Positions 29,598-39,822 of a stretch of 64,000 nt of DNA are shown piece by piece; position 1 is the stretch's first letter; each line of letters starts with the position of its first letter. The stretch is taken from positions 787,011 through 851,010 of the forward strand of contig JBLYPX010000001.1 of NCBI GenBank assembly GCA_048538235.1, read 5' to 3'. Position numbers and translations under genes: made by a program. This DNA is from Candidatus Komeilibacteria bacterium (GTDB lineage Bacteria > Patescibacteriota > Patescibacteriia > UBA1558). Under the pieces are notes generated by a model that was given only the letters and a program-made list of their open reading frames with translations, ran no database searches and was not told the DNA's origin.

Positions 29598-29681
29598 AAT
29601 GTCACCCCCTTTCGTGGGCAAATTAATTATTATTATGTTAACTATAGTAATATTATACTATAAATTATCAATTTTAACAAT

Positions 29682-30032
29682 TTAGTTAGCAGGAATTATT
29701 TCAAAGATAAAGGCTAGAATGCTATAAGCTGAGAATATAATTACAATGCCTAAAGTAGCCCAAATAAGAGTATCTTTACCCTTTTTTATCTTGTCCATGT
29801 TGCCAGAAGCTGTCATCCACATGAATCCACCGATAATGAAATATATTAAAGCTATTGTTCCGGTTAGCCCCAGTACAGCTTTAATTATTAACCCAACTAG
29901 TTCCTGAGGACTCTCTGTGGTCAAAGGGTTTGTAATATGAATAGATTCTTCAGTGGTTTCTGCGTGAACAGATAAGGCTGTAAACAGTAGCAATGAAGAT
30001 GTTCCTATGTAGTTTATTATTTTTTTAATCAT
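29682..30032 (-). CDS. VirB2/TrbC-like pilin
   Basis: NPL..GGFMWMTASGNMDKIKKGKDTLIWA. Confidence 0.85.
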   Translation of the reverse strand: MIKKIINYIGTSSLLLFTALSVHAETTEESIHITNPLTTESPQELVGLIIKAVLGLTGTIALIYFIIGGFMWMTASGNMDKIKKGKDTLIWATLGIVIIFSAYSILAFIFEIIPAN

Positions 30033-30047
30033 ATATTTAAATAATTA

Positions 30048-30656
30048 TTATTCAGATTGACAGCAAACAATATTGTTTGGACCAAAACACATATTACTTA
30101 CAATTGTCCCCTCGACACATTGCGTAGAGTTTCTGCAGGCATAACCTCCACCCTCTGGCGGAGTAGCATCACATTTTTGTACACAGTCATTATTTATACA
30201 TATGCCCAAACCACTTCTACAAGAATCATTTTCTTGAAGACCATCGCAAGGTCCAGCAACTTGAGTGTTGGTGTTTTCTAATGACCTGGTAGAGATAGAA
30301 ACTAAAATTGTTTGAACAATTAACCACGCGCCCATCACTATAACAATTCCAATCACAGTATTTACCATTATATCTTTACCCTTTTCAATTTTTCCCGATT
30401 TACCACCAGATGTTAGCCACATAATTCCACCGAATATGAAAAAGAGTAGAGCAAAGCTACCAAGTATACCTAATCCCCATTTGCTTAAGACTACAAAGGT
30501 GTTAAAACCCTGATCAAGAGAACAGCTACCGTCTGCAATACAAGAGTCTTCGTAGTCTGTTGATCCTTCAGGGTAGAAACTTGAGTCTTGCAAAACTGAA
30601 GCACTAGCAAGAAGCGGTGTGACAAGTAAAATTAGAACAATTATTAATTTTTTCAT
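30048..30656 (-). CDS. VirB2/TrbC-like pilin with Cys-rich C-terminal domain
   Basis: GGIMWLTSGGKSGKIEKGK; ten C-terminal Cys ending in CC. Confidence 0.8.
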   Translation of the reverse strand: MKKLIIVLILLVTPLLASASVLQDSSFYPEGSTDYEDSCIADGSCSLDQGFNTFVVLSKWGLGILGSFALLFFIFGGIMWLTSGGKSGKIEKGKDIMVNTVIGIVIVMGAWLIVQTILVSISTRSLENTNTQVAGPCDGLQENDSCRSGLGICINNDCVQKCDATPPEGGGYACRNSTQCVEGTIVSNMCFGPNNIVCCQSE

Positions 30657-32050
30657 TCTGGTTTTTTAATTGTTTGATTTATTTTTCGAACTATTAAGTC
30701 TAGTAAATCCATAGTTGTAAACTCACTAGAAACATTATGATATGCCTGATAAATTAAATCTTCCATCGCTGAATTTGCTTCACTGTAGTCATAGCCACGA
30801 TACCAGGCTCTAGCGTTTAGGACTTGGTCAGCAAACACACCAACACTTTCGCTTTGTATTTGGTTGTTTATTAAAGATAAAAGTGCAGTTGGTTGTTCAC
30901 TAGCTTCTAAATATGCCATAGTTACTTCTGGTGTTGTAGTTACAAATCTTATAAAATCCCAAGCTGGTTGAATTTTATCTTCAGAAGAGCCAAAATATGT
31001 AGATAATGCCCAGAAATCTGCAAAATTAACCTCTTGTACATCTGGTACGGTTTGTAGCATTGGTGCAATATTGAAGTTTAATTTAGGAGATTGAGCTTTA
31101 ATTATTGGTGCCTGATAAGAGTAGCCAATAAAGTAAGCAAGTTTTCCAGAAGTAAACATTTCTAATGCATCTGGTTTATCTTCAGACCAAGAGTATACTT
31201 CCTTAGTTGGATCAATAAAGTTTACAAAAAATTCTAGAGCATCTTTACCAGGATAAAACTTTCCCTGTCCAGGAGGAGGTTGGTTGAATGTTACATTATT
31301 ATATTCATCTGTCATTTGAGCACCATTTTGCATCATTAGCAGTGCTAGTATATCTGTTGCTCTTGGAATGTTTGTGGCAGAGCCTAATGCAATTCCAGCT
31401 TGTTGAATATTTCCATTGCCATCAAAAGTTGTTAATTCTTTTACTTGCTCAATTAATTCAGCCCAAGTAGTAGCGGGTAAAGGTATTTTAGCGCTGTTTA
31501 GTAAATCGCGATTATAATATAGAGCTAAACTATCAACACTTAAAGGTAGGCCATAAATTTGATTATCTATTACCACTTGATCATAGACAGCTGGAACAAA
31601 TAACTCTTGAACCTTTTTTGGAGTAAGGCCCGCAACTGTTTTAATAACAACAGTTGGTTCTTGTTTAATAGTGCCCTTCATTTCAACATAAGGAATACGC
31701 ATAGATTCAGGCATTTCCTTTATCAAACTTTGGTATTGCCTAATCTGTGTAGAAGGGATAGAAAATATTTCTGGACCTCTTTGTTCTAGCCAAGCTTGCG
31801 TTAACTCGCTTTCATATTCTTCGTATCTGAACTTTCTATACTTAATCTTAATGTTTGGGTGTATTGTCTGGTAAGCATTTATTAAACTAGCAACGTCTGC
31901 TGTTTCTTCCCAAACACCCCACCAATTTAATTCAACAGGTTTGTATAGTTGTTCGACCTCACTACTTTGTGAGAATTTACAACCAAAACCCATTAGTGGA
32001 AGTGACACCAAGATTAAAGTAAGAATAGATAATTTTGTTTTAGATAGCAT
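30653..32050 (-). CDS. Extracellular solute-binding lipoprotein (family 1, sugar-type)
   Basis: Lipobox MGFGC; YGLPLSVDSLALYYNRDLL, PATTWAEL. Confidence 0.88.
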   Translation of the reverse strand: MLSKTKLSILTLILVSLPLMGFGCKFSQSSEVEQLYKPVELNWWGVWEETADVASLINAYQTIHPNIKIKYRKFRYEEYESELTQAWLEQRGPEIFSIPSTQIRQYQSLIKEMPESMRIPYVEMKGTIKQEPTVVIKTVAGLTPKKVQELFVPAVYDQVVIDNQIYGLPLSVDSLALYYNRDLLNSAKIPLPATTWAELIEQVKELTTFDGNGNIQQAGIALGSATNIPRATDILALLMMQNGAQMTDEYNNVTFNQPPPGQGKFYPGKDALEFFVNFIDPTKEVYSWSEDKPDALEMFTSGKLAYFIGYSYQAPIIKAQSPKLNFNIAPMLQTVPDVQEVNFADFWALSTYFGSSEDKIQPAWDFIRFVTTTPEVTMAYLEASEQPTALLSLINNQIQSESVGVFADQVLNARAWYRGYDYSEANSAMEDLIYQAYHNVSSEFTTMDLLDLIVRKINQTIKKPE

Positions 32051-32165
32051 AGTAATTTTTAATTAAAACTAAGTAAATTATACAATTTTATAGGTGATTT
32101 GTAAAACAAAGACCTGATTAAGAAAATACTATATAATACATATATTATTATTAACATATATAATT

Positions 32166-32624
32166 ATGATAAGTTTAGAAAATAAAAAAGCACCAAGCTT
32201 TAGATTAAAGGATCAAGAAGACAAATGGGTGAGTTTAAGAGATTTTAAAGGAAAGTATGTGTTGTTATATTTTTATCCTAAAGATATGACCCCTGGATGC
32301 ACTGTTGAGGCAAAGTGTTTTAGAGATAGGTTAAATGAATTTAAGAAAAAAGGCGTACAAGTGCTAGGATTGTCTGTAGATAGTGTAGAATCACATAAAA
32401 AGTTTGCAGATAGGCATAAACTAAATTTTCCATTACTTTCTGATGAAAAGAAAGAGATAGTTGAAAAATATGGTGTTTGGAAAGAGAAAAGTACGTTCGG
32501 TAAAAAATATATGGGAATACAAAGAGATTCCTATTTGATAGATAAAGATGGAAAGGTTATAAAACACTATGAAAAGGTTAATCCTAGTAAGCACGTTGAA
32601 GAAGTTTTGAAAGATTTAAAATAA
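32166..32624 (+). CDS. bcp: Peroxiredoxin Bcp
   Basis: YFYPKDMTPGCTVEAKCF. Confidence 0.94.
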   Translation: MISLENKKAPSFRLKDQEDKWVSLRDFKGKYVLLYFYPKDMTPGCTVEAKCFRDRLNEFKKKGVQVLGLSVDSVESHKKFADRHKLNFPLLSDEKKEIVEKYGVWKEKSTFGKKYMGIQRDSYLIDKDGKVIKHYEKVNPSKHVEEVLKDLK

Positions 32625-32681
32625 TTCTAGTGTTAATTAAATAAATCCAGCCTAAGCTGGATTTATTATTTGTAATATATT

Positions 32682-32769
32682 TGGCGGAGGCGGGAGGATT
32701 CGAACCTCCGAGACCAAAAGGTCCACTGCTTTTCGAGAGCAGCGCATTAAACCACTCTGCCACACCTCC
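32682..32769 (-). tRNA. tRNA-Ser(CGA)
   Basis: 88-nt cloverleaf with long variable arm, anticodon CGA, discriminator G, CCA. Confidence 0.95.
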
Positions 32770-34160
32770 TATTCAAGTTGCGACAATTTTTTGTTTACAG
32801 TGTGGTTGTAAAGAACTATTGTAATTCCTACTATTAGCCAAAATAATATACTAAGGTCATTTTTAAAATATGGGACATCAACTATTCCATGAATTATTAT
32901 AACAATTAAAGAGGCACCAACACCTAAGCTTAGGTGAGTAATATATTCTTTTTTATAAATTGGTAGCCACTTCTTTTTAATATTTATTCTGTATATTAAT
33001 ACACCAAGGATTATAAAGAGCCACAAGGTGCTAATAAGACCAAGTATACCAACCTCTGTCCAGAAATTTAAAATAATATTATGAGGATAAAGAAAAACCT
33101 CAACTGGTTGCCACTTATCATTTATGGTAATTCCAGATGAATGGTATTGTTTAACAGCTTCTTGGTAATTTGCTAGCCCACCTCCAGTAAACGGATTATC
33201 TTTAAGCATGGATATTGTTTCAGTCCACTGAGCTCTACGTATTTGTCCAGAATAGTCAGATATCGTTATTTTCTCAAAAGCTACACTTCTTAAAGAAGGG
33301 GTTATTAGTATTACAAAATATAATATTACAGCTAAAACTATTGCTAGTAGGCGGGTGTGTTTTTTTGCTAGTAATATAATGAACACACCAATACTTAAAG
33401 CTATTAAAGCACCTTCTGAGCTTGCCCAAATGATTGTAAATATTATTGAAATAAAAGCAATGAATTTTAATATTTTTAAGTATGTATATTCTTTAATCCA
33501 CAGAGTCGCAAAGATAAGAGCTCCAATTGGAGCAAGTAATAATCCATTGGCATTTGGATAACCAAAAAAGGTTGTTACTCTCCTTGTTTCTGGTAAATAC
33601 CAATCTAGTACAGGTATGTTCCAGCCAGTAAGCTTTTGTATTAAAGCATAGATGAATATTATTATAGACAAAACACTAAAGGTGTATATTAGTTTGTTTA
33701 TCTCAGAATTTTTTCTTATATAATATAGTAAAACGCCTAAAAACATTAATGGTTCTAGAAAGTATGCTTTCCATATTCCAGCACCAGCCATTGTTTGTGG
33801 AGTTGTAATAAGAGCAATAATAGAGGCTAGAAAGAATATAAATATTGGCAGAGCTATTATCTTAGGGATTAAATTTCTTTTACTAGTAGCTATTTTTTCT
33901 TCTTCTGCTTTGAAGAATTTTTTAAACCAAGCGCTAATAGCAATGTGTAGTTTTCTACTTTGCCATAGTTTAATAACCCACATTATGAATAGCAATACTA
34001 CCATCCCTTCTAAAAGTGTGGCTGGTATATTAAATATTTGAAAACGGATCAAATACGTTGGTAATAATAAAATAGTTAAATAAATACCTCTTTGCATACG
34101 AGGCCAAGCTAGAATAATAAAGAAGAGATAAAAGATAGCAATTAATATTAGATTTAACAT
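32769..34160 (-). CDS. O-antigen ligase/Wzy_C family protein
   Basis: RVTTFFGYPNA, YPHNIILNFW.E.GILG, HGIVD. Confidence 0.88.
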   Translation of the reverse strand: MLNLILIAIFYLFFIILAWPRMQRGIYLTILLLPTYLIRFQIFNIPATLLEGMVVLLFIMWVIKLWQSRKLHIAISAWFKKFFKAEEEKIATSKRNLIPKIIALPIFIFFLASIIALITTPQTMAGAGIWKAYFLEPLMFLGVLLYYIRKNSEINKLIYTFSVLSIIIFIYALIQKLTGWNIPVLDWYLPETRRVTTFFGYPNANGLLLAPIGALIFATLWIKEYTYLKILKFIAFISIIFTIIWASSEGALIALSIGVFIILLAKKHTRLLAIVLAVILYFVILITPSLRSVAFEKITISDYSGQIRRAQWTETISMLKDNPFTGGGLANYQEAVKQYHSSGITINDKWQPVEVFLYPHNIILNFWTEVGILGLISTLWLFIILGVLIYRINIKKKWLPIYKKEYITHLSLGVGASLIVIIIHGIVDVPYFKNDLSILFWLIVGITIVLYNHTVNKKLSQLE

Positions 34161-35576
34161 TTATTTGGCTCTTAATTCATTTAAAATACTTTTATCTATA
34201 CCTTTAACAAGGTATAGAACAAGTGCATATATTAAGGAGGCTAGGACTATTAATAATATTAGGTTCAAACTGAAGCATAGATATATAAAAACTCCCATTA
34301 TTAAACTGGCGAATATTATTTTTCCACTCATTTTTAAGCTTATTCCAACTTGTGAATATTTATAACAAACATAGAAAGCAAAAATTGCATAAAGTAATTC
34401 TATAAACACAGTTATACTAGCTGCTGCCCAGTAAGAGAATTGTGGAATGAATACAAAATATAATATTAAAGAAAGAACAGCGGTTATAATATAGTAAGGA
34501 ATCATTTTCTTTTGTTTATCTATTGCTAATATAATGTATCCAAAAAGACTACCAAAGAAAATAATAGCTGTTGCCCATATTAATATTTTTAAAACACCGC
34601 CTGAGGCTAAAAAGTCGTCTCCGGCTATTAAAACCATAACCCTGTCAGCAAGTAGCATAGTGCCAACTATTAAGGGTGCTGCCACAATTAAAAAGAAATC
34701 AAATACTTTTTGGTAAACTCTTTTAAATCTTTCAATATTTTTTGTAACATAAGCGGTTGTTAGAACTGGCAGGACAAGCCCTAAGAACATATGAGGGAAT
34801 GTACCTATTATTTCTAATACTTTATAGGTTGCACCATAAATACCAACCTCGCCCTCTGATCTAAAAACAGATAGGATAAGAGTATCAGCTTTAAAATATA
34901 CCAAGGTGAGTAGTGAGGTTAAAGCAATTGGCCAAGCTCTGTGCCAAATTTTTTTCCAATAAGCAAAATCAAAACCAAAACTAAACTTTGTATAACCCCT
35001 GGCCATAAAAAAGATTAAGGAAAAGTATATTAGATTAAATACGACATTACCGAGGATTATGTATAGTAAGTCCTTTTGAAAAACCACAGCTAAAATTACG
35101 GTGATTAAAAAAGCGAATCTTCCTAACACTTCTGTTCCAATTATTTTATCCATTCGTAAGTTCTTTTGAAACAAAGCTACTAATACTTGCGCTAAGGTAA
35201 ATAAGAAGAATGATACAGACATTAAAACAACGCCTTGTTTAACAATAATTGCATAAGGGAATAATAGAACAACAAAAGGTGCGAGAGCAAAAAATACAAA
35301 TGAAGTAATTAATTTTATAGTAAATACATTACTCACAGCTTTTTTCTCATCTACTTCAGGGTCAGATATTTCTTGCATCAAGGCAAGGTATAGACCAAGG
35401 TCTACAATAACAGCAAAGAATTGAACAAAAGCGAGCACTGTGGCGTATTGCCCATAACCGGCTTGTCCTAAATGTCTGGTTATTAACCCAACAATAATAA
35501 CACCAATAATGGTGCTAATTATTTTACCAGTAAATTGAATTACGGTGTTATAGGCTACTTTTTTAGTTAATGACAT
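34161..35576 (-). CDS. Wzx-type polysaccharide flippase
   Basis: LGQAGYGQY, DLGL, D.LILS...VGIY. Confidence 0.9.
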   Translation of the reverse strand: MSLTKKVAYNTVIQFTGKIISTIIGVIIVGLITRHLGQAGYGQYATVLAFVQFFAVIVDLGLYLALMQEISDPEVDEKKAVSNVFTIKLITSFVFFALAPFVVLLFPYAIIVKQGVVLMSVSFFLFTLAQVLVALFQKNLRMDKIIGTEVLGRFAFLITVILAVVFQKDLLYIILGNVVFNLIYFSLIFFMARGYTKFSFGFDFAYWKKIWHRAWPIALTSLLTLVYFKADTLILSVFRSEGEVGIYGATYKVLEIIGTFPHMFLGLVLPVLTTAYVTKNIERFKRVYQKVFDFFLIVAAPLIVGTMLLADRVMVLIAGDDFLASGGVLKILIWATAIIFFGSLFGYIILAIDKQKKMIPYYIITAVLSLILYFVFIPQFSYWAAASITVFIELLYAIFAFYVCYKYSQVGISLKMSGKIIFASLIMGVFIYLCFSLNLILLIVLASLIYALVLYLVKGIDKSILNELRAK

Positions 35577-35655
35577 GCCTTCATTTTACGCTAAAAATAG
35601 GTAAAAATCAAACAAAAAATCTGCTTAGATAAGCAGATTTAATGTGAAATATGTA

Positions 35656-36675
35656 TTAATTTGCTTTTCTCTCTTCTTTTACTACTTTCCAAGTTTCCTT
35701 TTTAATCTTATCCATCAGCTTCTTGTTAGATTTTAAATAGTCTTTAGCTGTTTCTCTTCCTACGCCAAGTTTTTCTTCTCCATAAGTATAGCTAGCACCA
35801 GCTTTTTTTATTATTCCTTTATCTACACCCAAATCTATTACATCGCCAGCAATTGAAATTCCTTCATTATACATAATGTCGAATTCGCAGTTCTGGAATG
35901 GAGGAGCAACTTTATTTTTAACTATTTTACATCTAACTCTGTTACCAATAAATTTATCGCCCTTCTTTAGTTGAGCTGCTTTACGAACCTCTATACGAAC
36001 AGAAGAATAAAATTTTAATGCCATACCACCAGAAGTAGTTTCTGGATTGCCAAACATAATACCAATCTTCATTCTAGTTTGGTTAATAAAGATGAGTACA
36101 GTTTTTGTCTTTGAAACTACGCCAGATAACTTTCTTAAAGCTTGACTCATCAGTCTTGCCTGTAGACCAACATGAGAGTCTCCCATATCTCCTTCTATTT
36201 CTTTTTTAGGAACAAGAGCTGCGACTGAATCAACTACAACTACGTCAATTCCATTTGAGCGTACAAGTGTTTCAGTAATTTCTAAAGCCTGTTCACCAGT
36301 ATCTGGTTGGGATATTAATAGTTCATCTACATTAACACCAATTTTTTTGGCATATTCTGGATCTAAGGCATGTTCAGCATCAACAAAGGCAGCTGTACCA
36401 CCAGCTTTTTGTACCTCAGCAACTATGTGTTGAGCGAGGGTTGTCTTGCCAGAAGCTTCTGGTCCATAGACTTCAATAATTCTTCCTCTTGGTACACCTC
36501 CTATGCCTAAAGAAATATCTAATGATAAACAACCAGTTGAAACAGCATCAACTTCCATAATTTTGGCTTCACCAAATTTCATAATAGCGCCATCACCAAA
36601 TTTTTCTCTTATTTGATCAACTGCAGCTATTGCCGCGTTGCCACGTTCTTGATTGGCAGTGTCTTTTTTTGTCAT
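35656..36675 (-). CDS. recA: Recombinase RecA
   Basis: [25 protein letters not shown]. Confidence 0.98.
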   Translation of the reverse strand: MTKKDTANQERGNAAIAAVDQIREKFGDGAIMKFGEAKIMEVDAVSTGCLSLDISLGIGGVPRGRIIEVYGPEASGKTTLAQHIVAEVQKAGGTAAFVDAEHALDPEYAKKIGVNVDELLISQPDTGEQALEITETLVRSNGIDVVVVDSVAALVPKKEIEGDMGDSHVGLQARLMSQALRKLSGVVSKTKTVLIFINQTRMKIGIMFGNPETTSGGMALKFYSSVRIEVRKAAQLKKGDKFIGNRVRCKIVKNKVAPPFQNCEFDIMYNEGISIAGDVIDLGVDKGIIKKAGASYTYGEEKLGVGRETAKDYLKSNKKLMDKIKKETWKVVKEERKAN

Positions 36676-36705
36676 ATTTTCTTGTTAATTATTTAAAGAC
36701 CCTGT

Positions 36706-37422
36706 TTAAAAGTCTGATTGTATAGATAATGATGTATTTACCCTGTTTACCTGCTGTTCTTGTCTGAATACGGAAATAGTTATTTGTTTTTGGGCTCCGT
36801 GTTTCTTAACGGCGGTTACTTCTAATATGTTTAAACCTAAGGATAAATTAATGTCTTTAGCGAAATCTCCATTCGCATCTGCTAGCACAAGTTCATTATT
36901 AATTGTTAACTCTATTTCTGGATCAGTTTCTCCACTAATTGTTATTAATCTAGAGTCAGTCGTAATATTATTAGCTGGCTCATGTATTAATAGTGATGGT
37001 GGCTTAATAATATTATATACTCCTGTTCCTATATAGAAGATAAAAGCAAATGTAGCCAGAGCGATACCAGTTGCTCTAAGAGTTTTTGGATTTAACCACG
37101 AAAGCCAACTATCTTTATGAACACTTGGTCTATCAAAGCCAGTGAATTGCATTTGTACTCCTTTTTCTCTGTCATACTCTTTGATTAACCAACGTATATC
37201 TAAATCTAATAATTTACCATAAGATCTTAACCATTGTTGAGCATAAACCTCTCCTGGTAAAGACTCATAGGCACCATCTTCTAAAGCTTCTAAATACTTA
37301 ACTTGTATATTAAGTTTTTTTGAAACATCCACCAATTCTAGAGACTGTTCCTCTCTTGTCTTTCTTAATGTTTCAGGCACTGTTTGGTGAGAGACTACTT
37401 TTTTTGTAATAAATGAATTCAT
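36706..37422 (-). CDS. RodZ-like HTH-TM-Ig protein (start revised to MNSFIT)
   Basis: LRKTRE..YLEALEDG.Y..LPG HTH, TM helix, Ig-like C-terminus. Confidence 0.8.
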   Translation of the reverse strand: MNSFITKKVVSHQTVPETLRKTREEQSLELVDVSKKLNIQVKYLEALEDGAYESLPGEVYAQQWLRSYGKLLDLDIRWLIKEYDREKGVQMQFTGFDRPSVHKDSWLSWLNPKTLRATGIALATFAFIFYIGTGVYNIIKPPSLLIHEPANNITTDSRLITISGETDPEIELTINNELVLADANGDFAKDINLSLGLNILEVTAVKKHGAQKQITISVFRQEQQVNRVNTSLSIQSDF

Positions 37423-37423
37423 G

Positions 37424-39697
37424 TTATTTATCCTCTTCCTCTTCATTATATTCATCGTCTTTGTTTTGTCCAGAGTCTTCATTTTCTGACGTTTCATCTG
37501 AATCATCATCTTCCCATTCATCAGTATATTCTCTCATATCTAGATTTTCCTCAAGATCCTCTTGTCTTAACAAAACTTCTCTTGGTTTAGCTCCATTAGG
37601 AGGACCAACTATACCTTTTTCTTCTAGCATATCCAGTAGACTAGCAGCTCTAGCATAACCAACTCTTAATCTTCTTTGTAACAATGAAGCAGATGCTTTA
37701 CCAGCCTTAACTACAACTTCTTGAGCATCAGTTAATAGTTCATCCTCATCATTACCTCCACCAAGTGTGCCACCAGGCATACTACCAATTTTTTGTCTTT
37801 CAACAATTGCTTCGTCATATTCTGGCTCACCTTGTTCTTTCCAGAAATTTACAACATTGTTTATTTCCTTTTCTGAAACAAAAGCACCTTGTAATCTTCT
37901 TGGTTCAGGAAGTTCAGAAGAAGTGTATAACATGTCTCCATTGCCAAGTAGTTTTTCAGCACCAGGAGAATCTATGATTGTTCTTGAATCAATATTTGAA
38001 GCAACAGAAAAAGCTATTCTAGTTGTAATATTGGCTTTAATTAAACCAGTAATAACATTAGTAGAAGGTCTCTGTGTAGCAATTATTAAATGAATACCAA
38101 CTGCTCTAGCAAGCTGCGCAAGTCTAATAATTGATGGCTCTACATCTTTTGGATTAATAACCATCAACTCAGCAAGTTCATCAATTATTATTACCAAATA
38201 AGGCATTCTGTTAACCAAAACACTGCTATTGTATGATTCTATATCTTTCTTACCAACGCTTTGTAAAAGTTTATATCTTTCTTCCATTTCACTAACTGCC
38301 CAGCGTAAGGCATTAATGGTTTTTGGAATCTCCGTAATAATTGGAGTTAATAAATGAGGGATATTATTGTATACAGACAACTCAACTCTCTTTGGGTCTA
38401 CCATTATGAACTTAAGTTCGTCTGGATGGTATTTGTATAAAAGGCTGACAATAAATGCATTTAGGCAAACGCTTTTACCTGAACCAGTTGCACCAGCAAT
38501 CAGACAATGAGGCATTTTAGATATGTAAGTAACCTTTGATTCTCCAGACACATCTTTACCAAGAGCAACTACTAGTGGTTTAGGAGCTCTTTGAAAGCTG
38601 TCAGATTCAATAATTTCTCTTAATTTAACAACAGCTACTTTTTTGTTTGGTACTTCTACACCTACTAATGATTTACCAGGAATAGGAGCTTCAATACGAA
38701 TACGTTTAGCAGCTAGAGCTAAAGCAATATCCTTATCTAAAGCTGTTATTTGAGATAGTTTAATACCATCGGCAGGTTTAAAGGTAAACTGTGTGACTGT
38801 TGGCCCAATATTTGCTTCGCCCATAGTTACTTCTATGTTGAAGTTCTCAAAAGTTTTACGTATTTTTTCTGCACTAGAATCTATATCTCCGCTAGTTGGT
38901 TCGCTACCATTTTTATCTAATAAATCTATTGGAACCTTTACCTTAGGAGCTTTCTTCCTAGGCTTTGGCATTTCAATTAATTCATTATCTGAAGATTCTT
39001 TTTTGTTGGTTTTTTCTTCTACAACCTCTTCATCTTCTTCCTCTTCATAGTCTTCTTCATCTTCATCTTCTTCGTAATCATCTTCTTCGTACTCTTCTTC
39101 CTCTTCATAGTCTTCTTCATAATCTTTACCACTTCTGTTGAAAGAGAAAGATTTTATCTTAAGCCATAACAATCTAAAGATATTAACTTTATTACCAAGC
39201 TCATCTAAGGAGATGTTAAAAGATATTAAAATAGATATTAAAAGTAAACCTAACAAAATTACAAAAGAGGCAAAACCACCCATAGCTTGTTGTAATGGTT
39301 GGGTTATAGCATAACCAATATATCCACCACCCTGATCAGCTGTAAAAGTATTTTGTAAATTATTGAAATCATGTATTAATTCTAAAAGTCCTGAGTAGGC
39401 TAGAATAACAAAAAATAATCCAAGATAATTGCTAGGCTTTAATAAGTATTTATCTGGATTAAGAAGGAAATATCCCCACATTAAAAGTAGTAGCGGGAAT
39501 ATCCATTTACCCCACCCTAGGATCATTCCTAGGATTTGATCAGTAATTATTCCAAAAGCTCCAGCCAGATTTAGCAAAGCAAGTAGTGCAAGTAGTGCAA
39601 TAAGGAAAATTAGGATAATAAAGATACCTTTTTTAGTCTCAGCAGATAGAATTTCACTGTTTTTTCTACCTCTTTTTGATTTTTTCTTTTTAGCCAT
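37424..39697 (-). CDS. ftsK: DNA translocase FtsK/SpoIIIE
   Basis: N-terminal TMs, AGATGSGKS, IIIDELA, ATQRPS, gamma domain LQRRLRVGYARAA. Confidence 0.96.
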   Translation of the reverse strand: MAKKKKSKRGRKNSEILSAETKKGIFIILIFLIALLALLALLNLAGAFGIITDQILGMILGWGKWIFPLLLLMWGYFLLNPDKYLLKPSNYLGLFFVILAYSGLLELIHDFNNLQNTFTADQGGGYIGYAITQPLQQAMGGFASFVILLGLLLISILISFNISLDELGNKVNIFRLLWLKIKSFSFNRSGKDYEEDYEEEEEYEEDDYEEDEDEEDYEEEEDEEVVEEKTNKKESSDNELIEMPKPRKKAPKVKVPIDLLDKNGSEPTSGDIDSSAEKIRKTFENFNIEVTMGEANIGPTVTQFTFKPADGIKLSQITALDKDIALALAAKRIRIEAPIPGKSLVGVEVPNKKVAVVKLREIIESDSFQRAPKPLVVALGKDVSGESKVTYISKMPHCLIAGATGSGKSVCLNAFIVSLLYKYHPDELKFIMVDPKRVELSVYNNIPHLLTPIITEIPKTINALRWAVSEMEERYKLLQSVGKKDIESYNSSVLVNRMPYLVIIIDELAELMVINPKDVEPSIIRLAQLARAVGIHLIIATQRPSTNVITGLIKANITTRIAFSVASNIDSRTIIDSPGAEKLLGNGDMLYTSSELPEPRRLQGAFVSEKEINNVVNFWKEQGEPEYDEAIVERQKIGSMPGGTLGGGNDEDELLTDAQEVVVKAGKASASLLQRRLRVGYARAASLLDMLEEKGIVGPPNGAKPREVLLRQEDLEENLDMREYTDEWEDDDSDETSENEDSGQNKDDEYNEEEEDK

Positions 39698-39822
39698 TTT
39701 TTATGTTTAAAATACTCTTGAGTAGTGTATATTTTACCATTTTTAGGTCACTTCTACAACTTGATAATATACAAAAACAGGGCCAATAATGACCCTGTTT
39801 TATATATAACTGTTTTTCTTCC

